Assembly: GCA_963721685.1 (NCBI GenBank)
Contig: CAVRJJ010000001.1
Location: 68,555 to 132,554 of the forward strand
Length of the DNA: 64,000 nt
Source: an uncultured bacterium
Lineage (GTDB): Bacteria; Patescibacteriota; Saccharimonadia; UBA4664; SCTI01
Reading direction: 5' to 3'
The notes below the pieces were generated by a model. The model searched no databases and was not told the DNA's origin. It worked only from the letters and a program-made list of their open reading frames with translations. The number at the start of each line of letters is the position of its first letter. Within the stretch, counting starts at the first letter, position 1. The translations under genes and the position numbers were made by a program. Shown here piece after piece: positions 39,793 through 48,470 of this stretch.

Positions 39793-40095
39793 TTAACGCT
39801 GTTTGATGGGGACCACGGTGCCGGGCGGGCGCCGATCCCGCTCGTCTTCGAGGGTCGAGAACACCTTGGCCAAGGCCAGGAAGTTCCGTCCCTTTTTTGT
39901 GAGCGAAAGGACCAGCACGGAGGCGATGAGGATCATCAGCGTACCGAGGATCCAGACCGCTCCACTTGAGCTGCCTAGAAGAGCGACCCCCAGGACCGCC
40001 ATTGCCGCGCTCGCGACGGTGATGAGACGACGGCGTCGACGGCTTCTGGCACTCTGGATACGGCGCTGATGCAGTTCTGTGGCTGTAAGGGGCAT
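39793..40095 (-). CDS. Orphan 2-TM protein with Arg-rich N-terminus, 100 aa
   Basis: AAAGGGA RBS; own promoter; GC-rich islet. Confidence 0.6.
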   Translation of the reverse strand: MPLTATELHQRRIQSARSRRRRRLITVASAAMAVLGVALLGSSSGAVWILGTLMILIASVLVLSLTKKGRNFLALAKVFSTLEDERDRRPPGTVVPIKQR

Positions 40096-40189
40096 GTGTT
40101 CCCTTTGTTCGATGGACGCAGTGTGTGAATGGCGCGACTTGATGCAGCAAACTCAGAAACTGGGTAAACCTACTTCAAAGTCAGAAAGA

Positions 40190-40218
40190 ACAATAGCATA
40201 AAACTTCATAAAAGTCAA
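40190..40218 (-). promoter_or_regulatory. Sigma70-type promoter for the orphan ORF 39793-40095
   Basis: Minus strand TTGACT-17 bp-TATTGT with TG extension. Confidence 0.6.
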
Positions 40219-40294
40219 TAGATTGGCACTAGCGCTATTTACGGCAACGAAGAGTTGCAAATTCGCGGTTCATTTGCAATAATGCCTCCATAAC

Positions 40295-40319
40295 GTCGGC
40301 CTGCTGGTCGACTTTTTTT
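40295..40319 (+). terminator. Terminator hairpin in the nusA 5' leader (probable attenuator)
   Basis: GTCGGCC-TGCT-GGTCGAC-T7 between a TTGCAA-17-AATAAT promoter and the nusA ATG. Confidence 0.65.
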
Positions 40320-40357
40320 GAACTACAACTTAATAACAACAGAATAGGAAAGATCAT

Positions 40358-41581
40358 ATGAATACCCAGTTTTTAGCCGCCATTAACCAGATTGCCGATG
40401 AAAAAGGCTTACCGCGTGAAATAATTGTCGAAGCCGTAGAATCGGCACTGGCCGCTGCTTACAAAAAGGATTATGGCGACAAAGACCAGGAAGCTCGCGT
40501 TAAGCTTAATGACGATACCGGCGCGATCCAGGTTTTTATTAGTAAGGAAGTGGTTGGAGATGACGCGCCCGAAGAGGATTTTAACGAACACCTCCACATT
40601 CACTTAAAAGACGCCAAAAAAATTAAAAAAGACATAAAACTTGGCACCGACGACGAGCCAGCCACAATCGAGATTGAAGTCGATCCCGGCGAAGGCTTCG
40701 GGCGGGTCGCCGCGCAAACCGCAAAACAAGTAATCATCCAGCGCTTGCGCGAAGCTGAACGCGAGATTATTTATAACGAGTACCAGGATAAGGAGGGTAC
40801 GATGCTAAACGGTACCGTCCAGCGGGTGGATGGGAATTTAACCTATGTAGATATTGGCCGCACCAACGGTGTATTGTTTGCTTCGGAACAAATTCCTGGC
40901 GAGCATTACTACCCCGGACAGCGGGTAAAAGTTTATTTAGTGCGGGTTGAGCAGACCGCTCGCGGGCCGCAGATTGTAATAAGCCGGGCACACCCGGAAA
41001 TGGTGCGCCGCTTATTCGAGCTGGAAGTACCGGAAATAGAAACCGGAACGGTCGAAATTAAGAATGTGGCCCGTGAAGCCGGAACCCGTAGTAAAGTCGC
41101 GGTCCAGTCAAACTCGGATAGCGTTGACCCGGTTGGTACCTTTGTTGGCGGCCGTGGTGCCCGGGTACAGGCCGTAATGGGCGAGCTCGGCGAGGAAAAG
41201 ATCGATATCATTCTTTATAGTGACAACCCGGAGACCTACATCATTAATGCCTTGTCACCAACCAAGGTTGTTGGTGTTGAGCTGGATGAGACTGAGCATA
41301 AGGCAAAGGTAAGAGTGCCCGAAGACCAGCTCAGCCTGGCAATTGGCAAGCAAGGCCAAAATGTGCGCTTAGCGGCCAAGTTAACCGGCTGGAACATTGA
41401 TATTTTAAGCGCTGATGAGTCGCGGGTTGAAGCCGCCGCCGATGCCGCCACCAATGATGAACCAACACCACCCCGAAAGAAGCAAGACCTGGAAAGCTCG
41501 TTAATTGACGCTGTTAACCAACAGTCGCAATCCGCTTCCGTTGACGGTTCCGAGCCCGCCGAAGCTGAAAAAACGGACTAA
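40358..41581 (+). CDS. nusA: Transcription termination factor NusA
   Basis: FGRVAAQTAKQVIIQRLREAER, S1 and KH domains, AIGKQGQNVRLAAKLTGW. Confidence 0.97.
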   Translation: MNTQFLAAINQIADEKGLPREIIVEAVESALAAAYKKDYGDKDQEARVKLNDDTGAIQVFISKEVVGDDAPEEDFNEHLHIHLKDAKKIKKDIKLGTDDEPATIEIEVDPGEGFGRVAAQTAKQVIIQRLREAEREIIYNEYQDKEGTMLNGTVQRVDGNLTYVDIGRTNGVLFASEQIPGEHYYPGQRVKVYLVRVEQTARGPQIVISRAHPEMVRRLFELEVPEIETGTVEIKNVAREAGTRSKVAVQSNSDSVDPVGTFVGGRGARVQAVMGELGEEKIDIILYSDNPETYIINALSPTKVVGVELDETEHKAKVRVPEDQLSLAIGKQGQNVRLAAKLTGWNIDILSADESRVEAAADAATNDEPTPPRKKQDLESSLIDAVNQQSQSASVDGSEPAEAEKTD

Positions 41582-41686
41582 CTCAAACCATTATCTTATA
41601 TTCCAAGATCTGGTGATATACTGGGAGTATAGTTGTTCCGCCTTTCTTGCTCATACCGCACCCTTCGCGGGTGGAATGATAAGCAT

Positions 41687-41713
41687 CTAGCACTCATGAG
41701 GGTAGAGTGCTAA
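41687..41713 (+). promoter_or_regulatory. CIRCE element (HrcA operator) upstream of clpC
   Basis: CTAGCACTC-N9-GAGTGCTAA, 1 mismatch to TTAGCACTC-N9-GAGTGCTAA. Confidence 0.9.
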
Positions 41714-41756
41714 TATAGAACTAACAAGTTCTGTTATAGAAGGAAAGGAGCTTCAT

Positions 41757-44234
41757 TTGAGCGTAGAGTTTGGTCCGCAGTTTGACCGATTTACTGAAAA
41801 TGCTAAACAAAGTTTAGAGAATGCTGATGCTATAGCCCAAGGAATGGCATCGAGTTACATTGGCACTGAGCATATATTGTTGGGTGTGTTACAGCAAGAG
41901 GGGTCAATTGGGGCCAAAATCCTGCGCAGCGCCGGGGTGACCGCCGACCGTGCCCAAGATTGGGTAAGTAATTCTCAGAATGTTTTTGCTCGCAGCAGCC
42001 ACAAAGGGTTAAGTGAAACCGCAAAAACCACACTTACCTTATCGTGGAGGATTGCCCGTGAATTCGGACAGCCCTATTCAGGCACTGAGCATATACTCTT
42101 TGCTTTATTAAGCCAAAAAAATGCACGCGCCAATGCCATACTTAAGGAAATGCACGTCGACCCGGCAATTGTCAGGGCCGAGCTGGAAAACTATTTAAGC
42201 AACCAGCAGTTCTTTACCGGTGAAGACAACCAGCGGACCCAAGGTAAAAAGACAAAATCTAAAACGCCGGCACTGGATGGTTTCGGGGTGGACTTAACGG
42301 TTAAGGCTGGCAAAGGCGAGCTTGACCCGGTTATTGGCCGCGAAACCCAGATTGGCCGGGTCGTTACTATCCTTAATCGGCGCTCTAAAAATAATCCGGT
42401 TTTAATAGGTGAACCCGGTGTTGGCAAGACTGCCATTGTTGAGGGCTTGGCCCAGCGGATAGTAGCCGAAGATGTGCCGGAAATGCTGCAAAACAAGCGT
42501 ATTGTGATGCTTGACCTCGCTAGCGTAATTGCCGGCACCAAGTACCGGGGAGAATTTGAAGAACGGCTCAAAAAACTGCTTGATGAAACCAAAGCCAACA
42601 AAGACGTAATCCTTTTTATTGATGAGCTCCATACGGTTGTTGGCGCTGGCGCTGCCGAAGGTGCCATTGACGCGGCCAACATCTTAAAGCCAGCATTGAG
42701 CCGCGGCGAAATCCAGGTGATTGGCGCGACTACATTGGATGAGTACCGCAAACACATTGAACGTGATGCCGCCCTGGAGCGTCGTTTTCAGCCAGTGCAG
42801 GTTCCCGAAGCAACCGTGGAGGAAACCGTACAAGTACTTCATGGACTCAAACAACGCTATGAAGAGCATCATCGCGTAAAAATTACCGATGCCGCTATAG
42901 AACAGGCTGCAAAACTGGCTGAACGTTATGTCGCCGACCGCTTTCTGCCCGACAAAGCTATTGACCTTGTCGACGAGGCCGCTTCGCTGGTACGAATAAA
43001 GCGCGGCGCAACCAGTAAGCCCTTGCGCGCCATGCAAAAACAGCTGGCCGAAGCACAGATAGAGATTGAGGAAGCGGTTAACAACCAGGACTTTGAGCAG
43101 GCCGCGCGTCTAAAGACCCGTGCCAGTGTGCTTGAGCAAAAACTGGCTGCCTTGAGGCTGAAAGAGGGTTCCGCCGATAACGCCGACCTGGAAATTACGG
43201 CTGAAGATATCGCCCAAGTTATTAGTATGATGACCGGCATCCCCCTGATGCGCCTCATTGATACGGAAATGATTAACTTAGTTAAGCTTGATGAGCGCCT
43301 AAGCCAGCGGGTGATTGCGCAGGAAGAGGCTGTCAATTCAATTGCCAAAGCCATTCGCCGCAGCCGTACCGGCATTAGCGATGCGCGCCGCCCAATCGGT
43401 TCGTTTATCTTCCTTGGCCCCACCGGCGTGGGCAAAACCGAGTTGGCCCGGGTCCTCAGTCAGGAGATGTTTAATAGCCGGGAAGCGATGATTAAGATAG
43501 ATATGAGCGAGTTTATGGAAAAGCATAATGTTGCCCGGTTGGTGGGCGCTCCGGCCGGCTATGTCGGCTACGAGGAGGGCGGCCAGTTAACCGAGCAAGT
43601 CCGCCGCAAACCCTACAGCCTGATTTTATTTGATGAAATTGAAAAGGCCCATCCTGACGTATTCAACATGTTGCTGCAGATTTTAGAGGACGGCTATGCT
43701 ACCGACGCCAAAGGCCGCCGGGTTGATTTCCGAAATACCATCATCATTATGACCAGCAATGTGGGCGCAGAGGTAATGTATAACCAGGCTAAGCTTGGTT
43801 TCCAAGTGGAAACCCGCAAGGAAGAGCTGGAGCTTGACGCGCAGCATGAGCGGGTAAAAGAACAAGTGCTTGAGTCGCTCAAAAAGTCATTCCGCCCGGA
43901 GTTTTTGAACCGTGTTGACGATGTAGTAGTATTTAGGCCGCTCTCAAAACTTGATATCCGTCAAATCCTAGAATTACAGTTATCAGACTTAAGTATCCGC
44001 ATTGGCGAGCAAGGGCTAAGTTTACGGGTTTCTGACACGGCTAAGGATTTGCTTATTGAAAAAGGCTATAACGTCGACCAAGGCGCGCGCCCGATGCGCC
44101 GGGCAATCCAGGACTTGGTGGAAGATCCTTTAGCTACCGGGGTTTTGAAAAATGAGTTTAAGGAAGGGGATACGGTTTCTGTTACCGCCAAAGACGGCAA
44201 GCTTCTCCTTAAAGCCCTGACCCCGCACGCCTAA
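41757..44234 (+). CDS. clpC: ATP-dependent Clp protease ATP-binding subunit ClpC
   Basis: Clp_N repeats, GEPGVGKT, short UVR middle domain, [11 protein letters not shown] ClpP-docking loop. Confidence 0.95.
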   Translation: MSVEFGPQFDRFTENAKQSLENADAIAQGMASSYIGTEHILLGVLQQEGSIGAKILRSAGVTADRAQDWVSNSQNVFARSSHKGLSETAKTTLTLSWRIAREFGQPYSGTEHILFALLSQKNARANAILKEMHVDPAIVRAELENYLSNQQFFTGEDNQRTQGKKTKSKTPALDGFGVDLTVKAGKGELDPVIGRETQIGRVVTILNRRSKNNPVLIGEPGVGKTAIVEGLAQRIVAEDVPEMLQNKRIVMLDLASVIAGTKYRGEFEERLKKLLDETKANKDVILFIDELHTVVGAGAAEGAIDAANILKPALSRGEIQVIGATTLDEYRKHIERDAALERRFQPVQVPEATVEETVQVLHGLKQRYEEHHRVKITDAAIEQAAKLAERYVADRFLPDKAIDLVDEAASLVRIKRGATSKPLRAMQKQLAEAQIEIEEAVNNQDFEQAARLKTRASVLEQKLAALRLKEGSADNADLEITAEDIAQVISMMTGIPLMRLIDTEMINLVKLDERLSQRVIAQEEAVNSIAKAIRRSRTGISDARRPIGSFIFLGPTGVGKTELARVLSQEMFNSREAMIKIDMSEFMEKHNVARLVGAPAGYVGYEEGGQLTEQVRRKPYSLILFDEIEKAHPDVFNMLLQILEDGYATDAKGRRVDFRNTIIIMTSNVGAEVMYNQAKLGFQVETRKEELELDAQHERVKEQVLESLKKSFRPEFLNRVDDVVVFRPLSKLDIRQILELQLSDLSIRIGEQGLSLRVSDTAKDLLIEKGYNVDQGARPMRRAIQDLVEDPLATGVLKNEFKEGDTVSVTAKDGKLLLKALTPHA

Positions 44235-44248
44235 CCGAAGGAGAAAAA

Positions 44249-44334
44249 GCGCGCCGTGGTAGAACTTTTATGGCATGTCGTCAGCCGGCGCGAGCCATGA
44301 TGACCATGAACAGAAAAGTTGCTACCCGGTAAGC
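44249..44334. repeat. Dispersed 86-bp imperfect palindrome, copy B (inverted relative to copy A)
   Basis: Reverse complement matches 4524-4609 at 76/86. Confidence 0.85.
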
Positions 44335-44384
44335 TTCTACGTAGGTTAATTTAGCTGATTAGTGGTAAACTTACCTACATACTT

Positions 44385-45410
44385 ATGCAGCTTTTTCGCC
44401 GACTTACCAAGCAATATCCATCATTTCGAATATACGGGCTAACAATACTGGTTAGTCTGATTGCCTGTTTTGCGGTTGGATTTAAGCTGGGCCTGGCGGC
44501 TTTTATTACGACGGTTATACTGGCCGTTTTGGAAATAAGCCTGAGTTTTGATAATGCCGTAGTAAACGCCAAAGTACTTAAAACGATGTCACCGTTTTGG
44601 CGTAAAATCTTTCTGACGGTAGGAATATTGATAGCGGTGGTTGGGGTACGGTTGTTACTTCCGGTTTTGCTCGTCGTGATTTTTGCCCACACCGGTTTCA
44701 GTCAAGTTGTCCACTTGGCGCTTTATGATCCTGAAAAGTATGGAGAAATGCTTCACCACATTCATCCGGAGATTGCCGGCTTCGGCGGCATTTTCCTCCT
44801 CTTGTTGTTCCTTGATTACATCCTAGGCGAACGTAAAATTTTATGGCTTCGCCATCTTGAACTTCCGCTCATCAAGCTGGGCCGGTTTAAGCGGCTCGAT
44901 GTAGTGGTCGCCCTGCTGGCACTGTTAGGTGCGGTGAGCTTTGTAGGTGAGGAGCATAAAACCAGTATGCTCGTCTCAGGCATTGTGGGCGCGGTTATAT
45001 ATATTGTCATCAAGTCGGTTAGCGACTTTTTTGAAAATAGCAGTTCTATGCAAAATGTTGCGAAGTCGGGGTTGATCGGGTTTATATACCTGGAAGTGCT
45101 AGACGCCAGTTTCAGTCTTGACGGGGTACTGGGGGCTTTTGCGATTACCAGCAGTATTGTGGTAATTATGGTTGGTTTAGGGATTGGCGCACTATGGGTA
45201 CGGAGCATGACCATACATTTGGTTGAAACCGATACATTGGCACGATTCCGCTACTTAGAGCATGGTGCCCATTACGCGATCGGGGTACTGGCAGTGCTTT
45301 TACTCGTCAGTGCCAGCCAGGAAATATCCGAACTGATTACAGGCTTATTAGGGTTTGGTATTATTATCGCTGCTTTGACCGACTCAATCCGGTTTAACCG
45401 ACAGTCTTAG
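44385..45410 (+). CDS. DUF475 (TerC-like) membrane protein
   Basis: LEISLSFDNAVVNA, YLEVLDASFSLDGVLGAFAIT, YLEHGAHYAI. Confidence 0.93.
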   Translation: MQLFRRLTKQYPSFRIYGLTILVSLIACFAVGFKLGLAAFITTVILAVLEISLSFDNAVVNAKVLKTMSPFWRKIFLTVGILIAVVGVRLLLPVLLVVIFAHTGFSQVVHLALYDPEKYGEMLHHIHPEIAGFGGIFLLLLFLDYILGERKILWLRHLELPLIKLGRFKRLDVVVALLALLGAVSFVGEEHKTSMLVSGIVGAVIYIVIKSVSDFFENSSSMQNVAKSGLIGFIYLEVLDASFSLDGVLGAFAITSSIVVIMVGLGIGALWVRSMTIHLVETDTLARFRYLEHGAHYAIGVLAVLLLVSASQEISELITGLLGFGIIIAALTDSIRFNRQS

Positions 45411-46003
45411 CCTTTTACGATTTGCTTCTTCTTGATTAAGGTGTTGCGTTGTTTTTTGGCGGTATTTAATGATTGGGTAACCTTTTGGCCGGCTACGGTA
45501 ACGGTTTTTCGCTGGGCGTGGATAGCGGTTTTTGCAGGTTTAATTTCTTTCTTTAAAGCATCTAAGGTTTTAGCTCTTTCAATGTCAGTGCAGTTGTCAG
45601 GCCCCACATTTGAAAACTTGGCAATATAATTGATGTACGTATTTTCAAGAGCTTCGGTTTTACCAATATACACGCTCAGGGCCGCGTCAACCGGCCCCAA
45701 ATTAACGGGGTGCTGGCTCTTATTGGTTTTGCTGACGTAGCTGGCATAATTATCACGTCGTTTATTCCATTCACGCAGCTTATGGTTATATGACTCTTGG
45801 AGACCCCCGTCATATCCGGCAGGTCGGGTTTTCCCGTAAAACTCCCGCTCTAAACGGGTTGCTTCCTTCTTTATCTGAGCAATTTTATTACTACATTTCT
45901 GTAAATCATGCGGTTTTACTAGCGGATCGGCGGCGCTCGCTGACCCGGCTCCAAGTAAGACGCTGCTTAATGCTAAAACGGCTGCAAATTTATAAATTTT
46001 CAT
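45407..46003 (-). CDS. Secreted Lys-rich helical hypothetical protein
   Basis: Signal peptide ending ASA-A; two Cys. Confidence 0.75.
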   Translation of the reverse strand: MKIYKFAAVLALSSVLLGAGSASAADPLVKPHDLQKCSNKIAQIKKEATRLEREFYGKTRPAGYDGGLQESYNHKLREWNKRRDNYASYVSKTNKSQHPVNLGPVDAALSVYIGKTEALENTYINYIAKFSNVGPDNCTDIERAKTLDALKKEIKPAKTAIHAQRKTVTVAGQKVTQSLNTAKKQRNTLIKKKQIVKG

Positions 46004-46086
46004 AGTCTCTTTTTATATTAGTTTTTGTTTTTAATGGTACTTCAACCATAAGAATAATAAATTGCAAGTACTTTGTCAAGTTTTGA

Positions 46087-46115
46087 TTGCATGTTCGTTT
46101 TATGTTCGGTATAAT
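46087..46115 (+). promoter_or_regulatory. radA promoter with GTTC-N7-GTTC direct-repeat operator in the spacer
   Basis: TTGCAT-17 bp-TATAAT; ATGTTCG repeated at 46091 and 46102. Confidence 0.65.
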
Positions 46116-46150
46116 AATCACTACACTCATCCAATCAAATAAGGACTTAT

Positions 46151-47485
46151 ATGACCAAAAATCAAACCCAATACGTCTGTCAAACCTGCGGCAATACGCA
46201 ATCTAAGTGGGCAGGAAGGTGTGATAATTGTAGCTCCTGGAATTCATTGGTGGAAACGGCAACGACCGTTCGCGGAGGGAGAAGCGGATCTGTTGCAGCG
46301 GCAAAACCAGAGAAATTGGAAGAGGTGGCCACTCGCAAGCTACCCCGAATTGACACCCACGTACCTGAGGTCAATGAAGTGTTGGGGGGAGGCATAGTTC
46401 CCGGATCAATAACCCTGCTTTCCGGAGATCCGGGGATAGGGAAGTCAACACTGGTCTTGCAGCTGGCAGCCCATATTGGCAACGATCAGGCAGTCTTATA
46501 CGTAAGCGGCGAGGAGTCTGCCAATCAAATAAAGCTCCGGGCTGACCGCTTGAAAGTTGAGGCTGATAACCTTTACTTATTGAGTGAGACGAATATTGAA
46601 ACCGTAGTGGCAACCATTGAGCAGACTGACTATAAGCTCGTTATTATTGATTCAATCCAAACCATGTCGGCGGAAGCTTTAACCGGTAGCGCGGGAAGTG
46701 TCGGGCAAATCACGGCCAGCGCTCAGTTGCTTCAACGGGTAGCAAAAAAGCGTCATATTGCCATGATTATTATTGGACATGTAACCAAGGAAGGATCAAT
46801 AGCTGGCCCTAAGGTGCTGGAGCATTTAGTAGATGTTGTGCTTTATCTGGAAGGTGACCGCTATGGCACATTTAAGGCGTTGCGGGGTATTAAAAACCGG
46901 TTTGGCTCGACCAGCGAAGTCGGTATTTTTGAAATGCAAGACAATGGTTTAATGCCGGTTCCCAACCCATCGCAAGCCTTGTTGGCGGAGCGGCAGGAAG
47001 CGCCTGGTTCAGTGGTCCTGGCAACCATTGAAGGCAGCCGACCCATATTGGTGGAAGTGCAGGCGCTTGTTACCAAAAGTGTGTTTGGTTATCCCAAGCG
47101 CACAGCTTCAGGCTTTGATTTAAACCGGTTAAATGTATTGGTAGCCGTGCTAACAAAACGGGCGGCCTTAAACTTGTCTGATCAAGACATTTATGTTAAT
47201 GTTATAGGCGGATTGAAAATCACTGAACCCGCCGCCGATCTAGCAATTATTTTAGCGATAGCCTCGGCCTTCCATAATACGCCGGTCGCTCATAATCTTA
47301 TCGCTTTTGGTGAAGTGGGTCTAAGTGGTGAAATCCGCTCAGTAAGCAATGTGTCCGGCCGGTTAGCCGAAGCTAAGAAATTAGGCTTCCGTTACGCGAT
47401 TGGCCCAAGCAAAGCCGAAACCAAAGGCGTAAGCCGGGTAAAGACCATCGCCGAGGCGGTATCCGCAGCCATTATCACATCATAA
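46151..47485 (+). CDS. radA: DNA repair protein RadA/Sms
   Basis: CQTCG..WAGRCDNC, GDPGIGKST, KNRFG. Confidence 0.97.
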   Translation: MTKNQTQYVCQTCGNTQSKWAGRCDNCSSWNSLVETATTVRGGRSGSVAAAKPEKLEEVATRKLPRIDTHVPEVNEVLGGGIVPGSITLLSGDPGIGKSTLVLQLAAHIGNDQAVLYVSGEESANQIKLRADRLKVEADNLYLLSETNIETVVATIEQTDYKLVIIDSIQTMSAEALTGSAGSVGQITASAQLLQRVAKKRHIAMIIIGHVTKEGSIAGPKVLEHLVDVVLYLEGDRYGTFKALRGIKNRFGSTSEVGIFEMQDNGLMPVPNPSQALLAERQEAPGSVVLATIEGSRPILVEVQALVTKSVFGYPKRTASGFDLNRLNVLVAVLTKRAALNLSDQDIYVNVIGGLKITEPAADLAIILAIASAFHNTPVAHNLIAFGEVGLSGEIRSVSNVSGRLAEAKKLGFRYAIGPSKAETKGVSRVKTIAEAVSAAIITS

Positions 47486-47507
47486 AAGTTAAGAAAGTAT
47501 TATATTT

Positions 47508-48470
47508 ATGGGATTATTTAATCGTAACCAACGAGAAGCAGACGAAATTCCCTCAGTTTCATCCGTTCCGGCATTAGTTGATACCTCAGTTATAATTGAC
47601 GGCCGAATTGTAGACATCGCTAAGGCTGGCTTTGCACCTGGAAAACTACTAGTACCGCGGTTCGTGTTAGCTGAACTGCAGCTTATTGCTGACTCTGGCG
47701 ACGCGATGAAGCGCGGCCGCGGCCGACGTGGCCTGGAAATGCTTCACGGTATGCGTGAAGCCGGGGTAGACCTGGAAATTATTGAAGATGACTACAAGGA
47801 CATTAAAGAAGTAGATGCAAAGTTAGTACGGCTTGGACGTAAGCTTGGCGCCAACGTCTTAACTACCGACTACAACCTTAACCGGGTAGCCAGCATTGAA
47901 GGCGTTCGGGTTTTGAATATCAATGAACTGGCAAACGCGGTACGGCCGGTAATTTTGCCCGGCGAGCATATGTTCACTAAAATAGTTCAGCCCGGCAAAG
48001 AGAAAGGGCAAGGAGTTGGCTATTTGGCCGACGGCACCATGATAGTGGTTGATGCCAGCGAACGCTTAATTAGCCAGGAAGTCGAAGTGGAGATTACCCG
48101 CGTATTCCAAACTGTCGCCGGGAAGATGCTTTTTGCGGTGTTGGTAAATGGGAAATCAAATGCCTCACCCAGAGTATCCGATGGGCATGAAACCGAACTT
48201 CGCCCCGGACGACCGCCGCATCAAAACAATCGAAGCCGCCAACCTAAGCCGATGCCCACCTCTCAACCAAGACCAGGTGGTTCCAATCAGCGCACCGCAG
48301 GCCACCATTCGCAACGAAATTCAGAACCCCTTAAGCAGCGGCCATCGAAAGATGTGACCACCAGCAATACGGAAGCACGTCCTCCCCGGCGTCCCAAACG
48401 CGTTAGCCCGACCCAGCGCCTAGAAAATAGTCTCATGGAGCTAACCGGCGGGGATACTAAGCAGGATTAA
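47508..48470 (+). CDS. PIN/TRAM domain protein (YacL-like) lacking N-terminal TMs, with disordered C-tail
   Basis: DTSVIIDGRI, TTDYNLNRVA, QGVGYLADGTMIVV, FQTVAGKMLF. Confidence 0.9.
   Translation: MGLFNRNQREADEIPSVSSVPALVDTSVIIDGRIVDIAKAGFAPGKLLVPRFVLAELQLIADSGDAMKRGRGRRGLEMLHGMREAGVDLEIIEDDYKDIKEVDAKLVRLGRKLGANVLTTDYNLNRVASIEGVRVLNINELANAVRPVILPGEHMFTKIVQPGKEKGQGVGYLADGTMIVVDASERLISQEVEVEITRVFQTVAGKMLFAVLVNGKSNASPRVSDGHETELRPGRPPHQNNRSRQPKPMPTSQPRPGGSNQRTAGHHSQRNSEPLKQRPSKDVTTSNTEARPPRRPKRVSPTQRLENSLMELTGGDTKQD

Noticed and set aside
40223-40260. TTGGCACT half-site as a CIRCE upstream of nusA
   Set aside because: No matching right arm at N9 spacing.
42191-43435. Long antisense ORFs in clpC and other housekeeping genes
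   Set aside because: Shadow frames of conserved genes with no independent motifs.
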